Assembly (NCBI GenBank): GCA_019244185.1
Contig: JAFATB010000012.1
Location: 32,001-96,000, forward strand
Source: Acidobacteriota bacterium
GTDB lineage: Bacteria; Acidobacteriota; Thermoanaerobaculia; Gp7-AA8
Length of the DNA stretch: 64,000 nt
Direction: 5' to 3'
The translations under genes and the position numbers were made by a program. The notes under the pieces are model-generated. The model had not been told where the DNA came from and ran no database searches. It worked only from the letters and a program-made list of their open reading frames with translations. Shown piece after piece: positions 40,805 through 53,743 of the stretch (its first letter is position 1; every line of letters begins with the position of its first letter).

Positions 40805-41566
40805 ATGCTACCCGTGTCGTTCTCGCTCATTCTCGCCGTCATCATCGGGATCTACATCCTCTCGTCCATCAAGATCCTGCCCGAGTACGAGCGCGGCGTG
40901 ATCTTCCGCCTCGGCCGCCTCTTGCCGCAGGCGAAAGGGCCGGGCCTCTTTCTCGTCTTCGCGCCGATCGACCGCATGCAGCGCGTGTCGCTGCGGCAGG
41001 AAGCGTTCGAGGTGCCGCCGCAGGACATCATCACGCGCGACAACGTCACGCTGAAGGTGAACGCGGTCGTCTTCCTGCGCGTGATCGAGCCGCGCCGCGC
41101 GGTGGTCGAGGTCTACGACTACCGCTACCAGACCTCGCAGTTCGCGCAGACGACGCTGCGCTCCGTCCTCGGCGAAGTGGAGCTCGACGACGTACTCGCG
41201 CATCGCGATCAGCTGAACCTGCGCATCCAGTCGATCCTCGATCAGCACACCGAGCCTTGGGGCGTGAAGGTCGTGAACGTCGAGGTCAAGCAGGTCGATC
41301 TGCCGGAGTCAATGCTGCGTGCGATGGCGAAGCAGGCCGAGGCCGAGCGCGAGAAGCGCGCGAAGCTCATTCACGCCGAAGGCGAGTTCGCGGCGTCGCA
41401 GCGCCTCGCCGACGCGGCGAAGATCCTCGCCAGCGAGCCGGCCACGATTCAGCTGCGCTACCTGCAGACGCTCACCGAGATCGGCGTCGAGAAGAACACG
41501 ACCATCGTCTTCCCGCTGCCGGTCGACATCATCAGCGGCCTGGCGAAGGCGCTGCAGCGCGAATGA
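40805..41566 (+). CDS. Stomatin/slipin SPFH protein
   Basis: EYERGVIFRLG, ITRDNV, AQTTLRSVLG, QAEAERE, QLRYLQTL. Confidence 0.93.
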   Translation: MLPVSFSLILAVIIGIYILSSIKILPEYERGVIFRLGRLLPQAKGPGLFLVFAPIDRMQRVSLRQEAFEVPPQDIITRDNVTLKVNAVVFLRVIEPRRAVVEVYDYRYQTSQFAQTTLRSVLGEVELDDVLAHRDQLNLRIQSILDQHTEPWGVKVVNVEVKQVDLPESMLRAMAKQAEAEREKRAKLIHAEGEFAASQRLADAAKILASEPATIQLRYLQTLTEIGVEKNTTIVFPLPVDIISGLAKALQRE

Positions 41567-42123
41567 ACGAGCTGGCGATGATGGAGGCGGCGCTCTTTCA
41601 GCTGCGCGCTGCCGTCGCGGACGATCCGTCTCTTTTGCCGATCCGCCTCAGCGCCGATCTCGTCGCGAACGCCGTGCAGGCGGCGAAGGACGGCGTGAAT
41701 GCCGCGCGCGTGAACGACATCGACTTCGCGCTGCACGACCTGATGGAAGCGACCGACGACGCCGGCGCACCCGACGCCGTCATTTCCGCGATCGCGCTGC
41801 TGCAGAACGACGTCGCCACGCTCCGCGCCGCCACCGCCCTCCCGCCCGCGCTCGTGGCGAGCATCCGCGAGCTGCAGGCGAAGTTGCGCGTGCGCGCGAG
41901 CGCGATGGAGCGCGCGCAATACCGTGCCGAAGGTGCCGCCGCCGCCGAGCTTCCGCATCCGCCCGAAGAACTGCGCGCCGCCGCGACGTCGATCGCGCAC
42001 GCGCTCGCGGACGCCGGCTTCACGACGCCGTCGCTCGACGAACTGCTGCGCCCCGGCGCGCAGCTGCGCTATCACACGCTCAATGAAGTGGTGGACGAAC
42101 TGGACGTGATCGCCGGCGGCTGA
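41563..42123 (+). CDS. Hypothetical helical protein
   Basis: ATGA overlap with the stomatin stop; host-like codon usage. Confidence 0.7.
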   Translation: MNELAMMEAALFQLRAAVADDPSLLPIRLSADLVANAVQAAKDGVNAARVNDIDFALHDLMEATDDAGAPDAVISAIALLQNDVATLRAATALPPALVASIRELQAKLRVRASAMERAQYRAEGAAAAELPHPPEELRAAATSIAHALADAGFTTPSLDELLRPGAQLRYHTLNEVVDELDVIAGG

Positions 42124-42126
42124 ACG

Positions 42127-42603
42127 CTACGATTCCGAACGGATCTGCTGCGTTAGGTAGCCCTGCAGGCCGACCTGCTCGACGAGCGCCATCTGCGCCT
42201 CGAGCCAGTCGACGTGCTCCTCTTCGTCGTGCAGGATCGCTTCGAGCAGCAGGCGCGAGTTGTTGTCGCCGAGCTCACGGCATTTTTCGATTCCGGCATT
42301 GAGCCGCGGAAGCGCGTCGAGCTCGAGCGCGTAGTCGGATTTGAGAATCTCCGGCACGTCCTCGCCGATGTTGATCTTGCCGAGGCGCTGGACATTCGGG
42401 ATGCCTTCGAGGAACAGCACGCGTTCGATCAGCTCCTCGGCATGCTTCATCTCGCCGATGGAGTGCTTGCGGATGACGGCGTGCAGGCGGTCGTAGCCCC
42501 AGTTCTCGCACATCTCCGCGTGGACGAAGTACTGGTTGATGGCGGTCAGCTCCGCCGTCAGCACGTCGTTGAGCAGCTCGATGATCGTTCCGTCGCCCCG
42601 CAT
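42127..42603 (-). CDS. bfr: Bacterioferritin
   Basis: ELTAINQYFVH, EMKHA, EEEHVDWLE. Confidence 0.95.
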   Translation of the reverse strand: MRGDGTIIELLNDVLTAELTAINQYFVHAEMCENWGYDRLHAVIRKHSIGEMKHAEELIERVLFLEGIPNVQRLGKINIGEDVPEILKSDYALELDALPRLNAGIEKCRELGDNNSRLLLEAILHDEEEHVDWLEAQMALVEQVGLQGYLTQQIRSES

Positions 42604-42616
42604 GCGCGGGAGCCTA

Positions 42617-42850
42617 TCACGCGTGTACGGCGTCGATGTGCGGGTGCGGAGGATGCGCGGCGTTCGCCGCGGCGGCGCTGCACGCCGAGGCTGACGCGTG
42701 CGCGCCGAGCATCGAGCGGAGCGAGATGTGGCAGGAGCCGCACTGGTCGCCGATGCCGCAGCGCTGCAGGTCGCGCACGGTGGATGCGCCGGCGTCGAGC
42801 GCCTTGCGGACTTCGCGTTCCGATTTGCCGCGGCAGATGCAGACGATCAA
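42617..42850 (-). CDS. bfd: Bacterioferritin-associated ferredoxin
   Basis: TTG start, MIVCIC...CGSC; adjacent to bfr. Confidence 0.85.
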   Translation of the reverse strand: MIVCICRGKSEREVRKALDAGASTVRDLQRCGIGDQCGSCHISLRSMLGAHASASACSAAAANAAHPPHPHIDAVHA

Positions 42851-42878
42851 GGTGAAGGGTTCCGTCCTCTTGCAGATT

Positions 42879-42925
42879 CTGAGACTCAGTCTCAATCGCC
42901 ATGATGCCGGTTCTGTTCCCGGACG

Positions 42926-42929
<4 letters not shown>
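42879..42929 (-). promoter_or_regulatory. bfd promoter with 7-1-7 operator identical to the fur site
   Basis: Minus TTGACG-N17-CATCAT; plus strand CTGAGACTCAGTCTCAA at 42879-42895. Confidence 0.8.
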
Positions 42930-45142
<2,213 letters not shown>

Positions 45143-45183
45143 AGGGTTGTCCGCGGTTACGATACGACGAGGGACGAGGCCGC

Positions 45184-45807
45184 ATGAAGCGATTCATCCG
45201 CGTGGTCGATGACTTTTACGCCGATCCGCAGGCGGTGCGGCGACGCGCGCTGGAGATGACGTACACCGAGCCGGAGAACCTCGTCGGCTGGCGCACGAAG
45301 GCATATCAGCCGCGCGGCATCAGGCAGCGCATCGAGTCGCGGTTCGGCGTGCGCATCCCGTACTGGGAAGCGGACCTCGACGCGATCGAGGCGTGCAACG
45401 GCGTCTTCTTCACGAGCTACGCGAAAGGCGCGCGCAGCGAGCGCGTCGGCATCCACTTCGACGATCCGCCGCGGTGGGTGATGTTTCTCATCTACCTCAC
45501 GCCCGACGCGCCGTACGACGCCGGCACGTCGCTCTGGCAGCACCGCAAAACCGGCATCGTCGCGAAGCCGACGCGGCGCGACGCCGAGCGCCTCGGCATC
45601 CCGCTCGATGAGCTCTTCGCCACGATCGAGCACGACGCGAAGATCCGCGGCCGGTGGATCGAGATCGACCGCGTCGGCAACGTCTTCAATCGCGCGGTCA
45701 TGTTCCCCGGCGGCTTCTATCATTCCGCGTCGCGACACTTCGGCTCCGGCTTCCGCGACGGGCGCATCTATCAGTCGTTCCACTTCCCCGTGGAACTGTT
45801 GCGCTGA
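45184..45807 (+). CDS. DUF6445-like / 2OG-Fe(II) oxygenase-fold protein
   Basis: VVDDFYADP, IHFD, IYLTP, GTSLW, FNRAV, YHS. Confidence 0.72.
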   Translation: MKRFIRVVDDFYADPQAVRRRALEMTYTEPENLVGWRTKAYQPRGIRQRIESRFGVRIPYWEADLDAIEACNGVFFTSYAKGARSERVGIHFDDPPRWVMFLIYLTPDAPYDAGTSLWQHRKTGIVAKPTRRDAERLGIPLDELFATIEHDAKIRGRWIEIDRVGNVFNRAVMFPGGFYHSASRHFGSGFRDGRIYQSFHFPVELLR

Positions 45808-46668
45808 TCACGGCGACGCGACGACGCTCGCCTTCGCGAGGTGCATCATCTCGCCGACGCGCAACCCGTCGCGACGCTGGTCGAGATAGCGCGCGTTCAG
45901 CTCCGCGGGGCCGAGATCTTCGATCTGCGTGAAGCCGGCGTCGTGCAACAGCGCTCGCAGCTCCGCGGGTGCGAAGAAGCTTTTCCACGGCTCGCCCGCG
46001 GCCGCGACGCGCGCGGCCATCGCATCGAACACGAGTCGTCCGACGAGACTCAGCTCGTGCGGCGGCGTGCCGTAGTCGAAGACGACGGTCGTCTCCGCGT
46101 TCTGCATTGCGATGAAGCGCAGCGTGTGCGCGATCGCCTCGGGCTCGAGATACGGCACGACGCCGAGCCACGAGAAGAACGCCGGCGCGCCGCGATCGAA
46201 GCCCGCGGCGGCGAGCTCGCGTTCGAGCGTGGTCTTCGCGAAGTCGACCGGCACGTACACGGTGTCCACGGCCGGCGAAATCGCCGCATCGGCGAGCCGT
46301 TGCCGCTTCGCGTTTTGCGTGTCCGGATGATCGACCTCGAAGACGCGCAGCCGCGCGTACGGATTGCGCAACGCGAAGGTATCGAAGCCGGCGCCGAGCA
46401 CCACGTACTGCGCGCATCCGCGCAGCACCGCCTCGCGCAGCTCATCCTCTGCATACCGGCTGCGCACCGCCAGCGCGATGCGCAGATACGCCGCCGCGCG
46501 CGACGAATCGTAGGCATGCGGATCGGCGCGCACGCGCGCGGCGACCTCCGGATCGAGCACGCGGAACGCGAACGGATCGTCGAAGACGAGCGGGTCGTCG
46601 AGAAGCTGGTGCGCGGCGCGGCGGGCGGCGACGCGTTCCGCGGTCCGGCTGCCCTGTCCTTCCTTCAC
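45808..46668 (-). CDS. SAM-dependent methyltransferase (LCM/YktD family)
   Basis: DDPFA, QYVVLGAGFDT, FEVDHP, WLGVVPYL. Confidence 0.9.
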   Translation of the reverse strand: MKEGQGSRTAERVAARRAAHQLLDDPLVFDDPFAFRVLDPEVAARVRADPHAYDSSRAAAYLRIALAVRSRYAEDELREAVLRGCAQYVVLGAGFDTFALRNPYARLRVFEVDHPDTQNAKRQRLADAAISPAVDTVYVPVDFAKTTLERELAAAGFDRGAPAFFSWLGVVPYLEPEAIAHTLRFIAMQNAETTVVFDYGTPPHELSLVGRLVFDAMAARVAAAGEPWKSFFAPAELRALLHDAGFTQIEDLGPAELNARYLDQRRDGLRVGEMMHLAKASVVASP

Positions 46669-46674
46669 GCGGCG

Positions 46675-47136
46675 TTACGGGATGTCGGGCTCGACCAGCT
46701 GCGCGAGCAGCGTGAGCGAGTCCTGCCAGCCGAGGTAACAGGCCTCGGCGGGAATCGCCGCGGGGACGCCTTCCTGGACGATGTTCACCTCGGTGCCGAC
46801 GGAGACCGGCGTCAGCGTGACCGTCGTGGTCATCGAGCCGGGGAGGTTCGGGTCGTCGAACTTGTCGGAGTAGCGCAGGCGCTCGTTCGGCACGAGCTCG
46901 AGGTACTCGCCGCCGAACGCATGTTCCTGCCCGGTGCCGAAGTTGCGGAACGACATGTGGTACCGGCCGCCGACGCGCGCGTCCATCGCGTGCACTTTTC
47001 CGATGAAGCCGTTCGGCGGCAGCCACTTCGGCAGCGCGTCCGCGTCGAGGAACGCGCGGTAGATCTTCTCGGGCCGCGTGCGGATCACGCGATGAAGGCG
47101 GATGGTGTTCGTCGACTTGCCGTTGCTCTGCGTCAT
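46675..47136 (-). CDS. SRPBCC/AHSA1 family protein
   Basis: IYRAFLDADALPKWLPP, GEYLELVPNERL, CYLGWQDSL. Confidence 0.9.
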   Translation of the reverse strand: MTQSNGKSTNTIRLHRVIRTRPEKIYRAFLDADALPKWLPPNGFIGKVHAMDARVGGRYHMSFRNFGTGQEHAFGGEYLELVPNERLRYSDKFDDPNLPGSMTTTVTLTPVSVGTEVNIVQEGVPAAIPAEACYLGWQDSLTLLAQLVEPDIP

Positions 47137-47192
47137 GCGGCGAACGATAGCGGAAGAAATCGAGCGCGTCGACCACGTGTTCCGCTCGCCTG

Positions 47193-48560
47193 ATGCACTT
47201 CCGCCAGTTCTACCTGAACTGCCTCGCCCACGCGTCGTATCTCGTCGCCTCCGACGGCGAAGCCGCGGTCATCGATCCGCAGCGCGACATCGAGCAGTAC
47301 CTCGACGAAGCGCAGCGCCTTGGCGCGACGATTCGTTACGTGATCGAGACGCATCTCCACGCCGACTTCGTGAGCGGCCATCGCGAGCTCGCCGCGCGCA
47401 GCGGCGCGGAGATCGTGTTCGGCCGCGAGGCGCACGCGGAGCTGCCGCATCGCGCGGTCGCCGACGGCGACGAGCTGCGCGTCGGACGCATTCGTCTGCG
47501 CGCGCTGGAGACGCCGGGACATACGCCGGAGAGCGTGTCGTGGCTCGTCGTCGATGAAGACGGCGTCGCGCGCAAGGTGCTCACCGGCGACACGCTGTTC
47601 ATCGGCGACGTCGGCCGTCCCGATCTCGCGGGCGGACGCGGCTTCACGCCGCGGCAGATGGCGTCGCTGCTGTACGACTCGCTGCACGGCAAGCTGCTGA
47701 CGCTCGACGACGAGGTCGAAGTGTGGCCGGCGCACGGCGCGGGCTCGGCGTGCGGCAAGAACATCTCGAACGAACGCTCGTCGACGATCGGCCAGCAGCG
47801 CCGGTTCAACTACGCGCTGCAGCCGATGACGCGCGAGGCGTTCGTCGACATGATGACCAGCGACCTGTCGCCGGCGCCGCGCTACTTTCCGATGGACGCG
47901 GAGCTCAATCGCCGCGGTGCGCGCGCGCTCGACGACGTCCGTGCGACGCCGCTCGATGCACGCGAAGTCGAACGGCAGCTCGCGGACGGCGCGCTCGTCC
48001 TCGACGTGCGCGACGCGGCGGCGTTCGGCGCGGGACACATCGCCGGCGCGATCAACATCGGCCTGCGCGGGCAGTACGCGTCGTGGGCGGGAACGCTGCT
48101 CGCGCCGGAGTCGCGGCTGATCGTCGTCGCGGACGACGACGCGCAGGCTGCCGAGGCGGTGATGCGGCTCGCGCGCGTCGGACTGGAGAACGCGATCGGC
48201 TATCTCGACGGCGGGATCGCGGCGTGGCGCGCGGTGAGACTGCCGCTGGCGACGCTGCCGCAGCTCGCGGTGACGGAGCTGCGCGATCGGCTCGCCGACG
48301 TGCGCGTACTCGATGTGCGGCGTCGCGGCGAGTACGCGTCGGGACACGTGCCGGGCGCGGTGAACGTGCCGCTCGATGTGCTCGAAGACGAGCTGGATGC
48401 GCTGGCGATCGATCGCGACGAGCCGCTGGCGATCATCTGCGCGGGCGGGTATCGCTCGTCGGCCGCGGCGAGCCTGCTGCGGCGGCATGCGTTTGCCTCG
48501 CTCGTAAACGTGAGCGGCGGGACGACGGCCTGGGTTTCTGCGGGATTGAAAACGGAGTGA
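47193..48560 (+). CDS. MBL-fold persulfide dioxygenase-like protein with two rhodanese domains
   Basis: ETHLHADFVSG, TPGHTPE, GDTLF, PAHGAGSACG, ICAGGYRS. Confidence 0.9.
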   Translation: MHFRQFYLNCLAHASYLVASDGEAAVIDPQRDIEQYLDEAQRLGATIRYVIETHLHADFVSGHRELAARSGAEIVFGREAHAELPHRAVADGDELRVGRIRLRALETPGHTPESVSWLVVDEDGVARKVLTGDTLFIGDVGRPDLAGGRGFTPRQMASLLYDSLHGKLLTLDDEVEVWPAHGAGSACGKNISNERSSTIGQQRRFNYALQPMTREAFVDMMTSDLSPAPRYFPMDAELNRRGARALDDVRATPLDAREVERQLADGALVLDVRDAAAFGAGHIAGAINIGLRGQYASWAGTLLAPESRLIVVADDDAQAAEAVMRLARVGLENAIGYLDGGIAAWRAVRLPLATLPQLAVTELRDRLADVRVLDVRRRGEYASGHVPGAVNVPLDVLEDELDALAIDRDEPLAIICAGGYRSSAAASLLRRHAFASLVNVSGGTTAWVSAGLKTE

Positions 48561-48562
48561 GA

Positions 48563-48584
48563 GGCGCGGCGTGAGAGCCGCGCC
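48563..48584. terminator. Hairpin between convergent genes
   Basis: ggcgcggc-gtgaga-gccgcgcc. Confidence 0.55.
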
Positions 48585-48590
48585 CCATCA

Positions 48591-49804
<1,214 letters not shown>

Positions 49805-49808
<4 letters not shown>

Positions 49809-50548
49809 GCCGCGTCCTCCTCGACGTGGAGCAGGTCTTCGGCCGCCTTGCGGCGGTTCGCCACCGGCTCGTCGCGGCGGATGTGGCCGTCGCGGATCTC
49901 GACGACGCGCGTGGCGTACGCCGCTACGTCCGGCTCGTGCGTGACGAGCACGATGGTGATGCCCTGCGTGTTCAGCTCCTGAAAGAGCGCCATCACCTCA
50001 ATGGTCGTTTTCGTATCGAGGTTGCCGGTCGGCTCGTCGGCGAGGACGAGCGCCGGCTCGGTGACGAGCGCGCGGGCGATGGCCACGCGCTGCTGCTGCC
50101 CGCCGGAGAGCTCGCTCGGCTGATGGTCAAGACGTTGACCGAGTCCGACGCGCTCGAGCGCGGCCACGGCCAGCTTGCGCGGATCGCGTTTCTTTCCGCC
50201 GCGGTCGTAGAGCAGCGGCAGCTCGACGTTCTCGACCGCCGTCGTGCGCGCGAGCAGGTTGAAGCCCTGAAAGACGAAGCCGAGCTTCTGGTTGCGAATG
50301 GCCGCGAGCTCGTTCTTTCCCAGGCCGTCGACGCGCACGCCGTCGAGCTCGTAGGTGCCCGACGTCGGCGTGTCGAGGCAGCCGAGGAGATTCATCAGCG
50401 TCGACTTGCCCGAACCGGACGAGCCCATGATGGCCACGAGCTCGCCGCGATGGATGGTCAGGTCGATGCCGCGCAGCGCGTGCACTTCCGTCGCGCCGGT
50501 GGAGTACGTCTTCGTGAGACCGTGGACTTCGATGACGGCGTCGCCCAT
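49805..50548 (-). CDS. MacB/LolD-like ABC ATPase
   Basis: [28 protein letters not shown]. Confidence 0.94.
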
Positions 50549-51903
50549 CAGAAGCCTCCCGGTCCGCCCGCTCCGCGGCGCTGTCCCTGCGGCTGCTGGC
50601 CGCCGCCGAACGGGTTGTTGCTACCGGTCGAAGTCGACGCGGTCGCGGGAGTGTTCTTCTGCGAGGCGCCGGCGACGATTTTCATCCCTTCCTTCAGATT
50701 GCGCCCGCGAACTTCGGTATACGTTCCGTCGGTGATGCCGGTGCGGACGCGGACCGGGACGAGCTGGCCCTTCTCATTGAGCGTATAGATCGTGCCCATG
50801 CCGCCGCTGCGCGTGCGTCCCGCGCCGCCACCACCCTGCTGCCGGCGCTGCATCCACTGCGCGCGCTGTTCGGCCGTTGGCGTTCCATTCGCGCCGCCGG
50901 CATTCGCACCGCCGCCGTTTGCGGTCGACGTGCGTCCGCCCGTGCCGGTCGATGCGGTCGTGTCGGTCTTGACGACGTCCGCGTCATCGGCGGGCTTGAA
51001 GCGCAGCGCCGCGTTCGGAACCTTCAGCACCGCGCTGGCGGTCTTGACGAGGAACTCGACGCGCGCGGTCATGCCGGGGAGGAGCTTCTTCTCCGGGTTC
51101 TCGACGGAGACGACGACGGTGTAGTTGACGACGTTCTCGGTCGTCGCGGACTGCAGGCGCACCTGCTGGACGGTTCCTTTGAAAGTTTGTCCCGTCAGCG
51201 CGGCGACGGTGAACTGCACCGGCTGCCCTTCCTGGATCTGGGCGATGTCGGCCTCGCCGACCTGCGCGAGGATCTGCATGTGCGTGAGGTCGTTGGCGAT
51301 GAGGAACAGCTCCGGCGCGGAGAGGCTGGCCGCGACGGTCTGGCCGATGTCGACCTTGCGCTCGACAACGACGCCGTCGATCGGTGCGTAGATGTTCGTG
51401 TACGACAGGTTCTGGCGCGCGCGGTCGAGGGCGACGCGCGCAGATTTCACGGTCGCGGCGGCGACGTCGGTCGATGATTCGGTCTGTTCGAGCTCGCTCT
51501 TGGCGATGAGGCCGGACGCGGAGAGCTCGCGGTTGCGCGCGTAGTCGCGGCGCGCCTGGAGAGCCTGCGCCTGCACCTTCTGCAGATTCGCTTCGGCGTC
51601 GGTGACGGCCTGTCGGGCGAGCGTCGGATCGATGCGCGCGAGAAGCTCACCTTTCTTTACTTCATCGTTGAAGTCGGCATGCAGCTCCGAGACCTGTCCG
51701 GAGACCTGCGTACCGACCGTGACGGTGTTCACGGCGCTGAGCGTGCCGGTCGCCGAAACGGTGGAGCGAAGGTCACCCTTTTCGACGGTGGCAAAGCGGT
51801 ACGTCGGCGTTTCCTTCGCGAGAGCCGCGCGATGGACGAGCACGCCAACGACAGCGAGCACGACGATCAGCGCAACAGCGATGAGAGGTTTTTTCGAGTG
51901 CAT
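50548..51903 (-). CDS. MacA-like periplasmic adaptor
   Basis: VSATGTL, QVSGQV, IYAPIDGVV, LLPGMTA, VPNAAL. Confidence 0.92.
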   Translation of the reverse strand: MHSKKPLIAVALIVVLAVVGVLVHRAALAKETPTYRFATVEKGDLRSTVSATGTLSAVNTVTVGTQVSGQVSELHADFNDEVKKGELLARIDPTLARQAVTDAEANLQKVQAQALQARRDYARNRELSASGLIAKSELEQTESSTDVAAATVKSARVALDRARQNLSYTNIYAPIDGVVVERKVDIGQTVAASLSAPELFLIANDLTHMQILAQVGEADIAQIQEGQPVQFTVAALTGQTFKGTVQQVRLQSATTENVVNYTVVVSVENPEKKLLPGMTARVEFLVKTASAVLKVPNAALRFKPADDADVVKTDTTASTGTGGRTSTANGGGANAGGANGTPTAEQRAQWMQRRQQGGGGAGRTRSGGMGTIYTLNEKGQLVPVRVRTGITDGTYTEVRGRNLKEGMKIVAGASQKNTPATASTSTGSNNPFGGGQQPQGQRRGAGGPGGF

Positions 51904-51924
51904 GATGACTCCTTCAGAAAGACT

Positions 51925-51948
51925 GTGGGAGGCGTCGCCGCCTCCCAC
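51925..51948. repeat. Intra-operon hairpin (REP-like)
   Basis: gtgggaggcg-tcgc-cgcctcccac, perfect 10-bp stem. Confidence 0.7.
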
Positions 51949-51972
51949 GGGTTCACTGCGCGGCGAGACTGC

Positions 51973-52449
51973 TCACTGATTGCTGCGCTGCTTGCGTTCC
52001 TGCATCCGCTGCGCCCGTTCAGCCTTCAGCGTGTCCCACTGGGCGCGCTGCTCGGGCGTGAGGATCTGCGCGATCTTCTGATCCTGCGCGGCGCGGAGCT
52101 CCTTGAACTGCGCGCGTTGCGCATCGAGCGTGGGCTTCAGCGCGTCGAGCTTGGCCTGGTCGCCGGCCTGCTTCGCGGCGCGAAGCTCCTGGCGCGTCGC
52201 ACGAGCCTGCTGGAAGAGCGGCTTGTTGGCTTCGTAGAAGCCTTTGCGGATGTCGCGGATCTGCTGCTTCTGCGCGTCGGTGAGGCCGAGCTTCTCGGCG
52301 AACTTCGCGCCGAACGCGCCCTTGCGGCCGTGGCGGCCGTGATGGAACTGACGCTGGCCGTCCGCGGTGCTCGGGTCGCCGGTGGCGCCGAAGGCGAGCG
52401 TCGCGCCGAGGGCGAGGACTCCAACTGCTGCGATCACTTTGTTTTTCAT
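51973..52449 (-). CDS. Spy/CpxP-family periplasmic chaperone
   Basis: Signal peptide; LTDAQ and LTPEQ (LTxxQ) motifs; an alternative start at 52461 is possible. Confidence 0.88.
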   Translation of the reverse strand: MKNKVIAAVGVLALGATLAFGATGDPSTADGQRQFHHGRHGRKGAFGAKFAEKLGLTDAQKQQIRDIRKGFYEANKPLFQQARATRQELRAAKQAGDQAKLDALKPTLDAQRAQFKELRAAQDQKIAQILTPEQRAQWDTLKAERAQRMQERKQRSNQ

Positions 52450-52513
52450 GGTGGCTTTCATCTCCTTGGTGCCTAGAAAGACGTTTTCGGGAAGGCGTCT
52501 GTTTCGCCAAAAC

Positions 52514-52565
52514 CATGAGCTGCACGGGGTTGTCACGAACTGCACGGAACGCGGCACCAGCGGCA
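52514..52565. promoter_or_regulatory. Three direct repeats, candidate LytTR binding sites
   Basis: CATGAGCTGCA (52514), CACGAACTGCA (52534), CACCAGCGGCA (52555); period 20-21 bp. Confidence 0.6.
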
Positions 52566-52591
52566 GCGCGGACATTGCACAATGGCGCTGC

Positions 52592-53743
52592 ATGAGGGAA
52601 ACCGAACGCGATTACGCCCGGCTGAGCCCGCGTGAGCTGGCGCTGATCTTCGCGTTCTGGACCTTCCTCGCCACGCTCTCCTCCGTCAACCGCATCCTCG
52701 ATCCTCGCGGCCTCGGCTTCCGGCTGATGTCGCCCGCGGGGCCGATCGTGCTCGCCTTTATCGAGTCGTGGCTGTGGGCCGCGTTCACGCCCGCCATCTT
52801 CTGGCTCTGCAGCCGGATGACGCACGCGCAGGCGTCGTGGCTCGCGCGCGTGACGCTGCTGATCGTGATCGGGTTCGCGGTGTCGATCGCCGCGTACGTG
52901 GTCGTCGACTTCGCGCGCGAGGTGCTGCTGCCCGTCCGACCGCCGCGCCGCCCGCCGCCGCCCGGCGGACCGCTGCGTGACATCCTGCGGTTCCGTTTCG
53001 TCAATCAGCTGCTCTTCTACATGGCCGTGCTCGCCGCGGGCTTCGCGCGCGAGTTCTTCCTGCGCGACCAGGCGCGGCAGCGGCAGGCGAGCGTGCTCGC
53101 CGCGCAGACCGCCACGCTGCAGGCCCAGCTCGCCGACGCGAAGCTCGACGCGCTGCGCATGCAGCTCAATCCGCACTTCCTGTTCAACACGCTGCACGCG
53201 ATGTCGGCGCTCGTCGAGCGCGATCCGGCCGGCGTGCGCAAGATGATCGCGCGCATGAGCGAGCTGCTGCGCCGCACCATCGATCGCCGCGCCGCCGACG
53301 AGGTGCCGCTGCGCGACGAGCTCGGCCTCCTGCAGCGCTACATCGAGATCATGGAGATCCGCTTCCAGGGGCGGCTGCGCGTCGAGCAGTCGATCGATCC
53401 GAACGTGCTCGAGGCGCTCGTGCCGAATCTCATCCTGCAGCCGCTCGTCGAGAACGCGCTCGAGCACGGCGTGAGCCGCATCGAAGGCGAGGGCCGCATC
53501 GGCATCAACGCGTCGCGCGCCGATGATTCCGTCGTGCTGCGCGTCACCGACAACGGCCCCGGTCTGCACGAGACGCAGAGCGGCGGCGTCGGTCTCGCGA
53601 ACACGCGCGCGCGTCTCGAACAGCTCTACGGCGACGCGGCGCGCGTCACGCTCACGCCGGCCAGCGGCGGCGGCGTCGTCGCCGAGCTGGAGATTCCGTT
53701 CCACACGTCGGCGGACTTGCGCGCGGAGGGACGCGATGATTGA
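52592..53743 (+). CDS. LytS-type histidine kinase
   Basis: QLNPHFLFNTL, LQPLVENA, DNGPG, GVGLAN. Confidence 0.92.
   Translation: MRETERDYARLSPRELALIFAFWTFLATLSSVNRILDPRGLGFRLMSPAGPIVLAFIESWLWAAFTPAIFWLCSRMTHAQASWLARVTLLIVIGFAVSIAAYVVVDFAREVLLPVRPPRRPPPPGGPLRDILRFRFVNQLLFYMAVLAAGFAREFFLRDQARQRQASVLAAQTATLQAQLADAKLDALRMQLNPHFLFNTLHAMSALVERDPAGVRKMIARMSELLRRTIDRRAADEVPLRDELGLLQRYIEIMEIRFQGRLRVEQSIDPNVLEALVPNLILQPLVENALEHGVSRIEGEGRIGINASRADDSVVLRVTDNGPGLHETQSGGVGLANTRARLEQLYGDAARVTLTPASGGGVVAELEIPFHTSADLRAEGRDD

Noticed and set aside
42851-42895. Longer bfd start at TTG 42895
   Set aside because: That TTG is part of the operator palindrome; Bfd proteins begin at MIVCxC (42850)
50820-50960. Gly-rich low-complexity stretch as a repeat element
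   Set aside because: In-frame flexible insertion common in MacA-like adaptors
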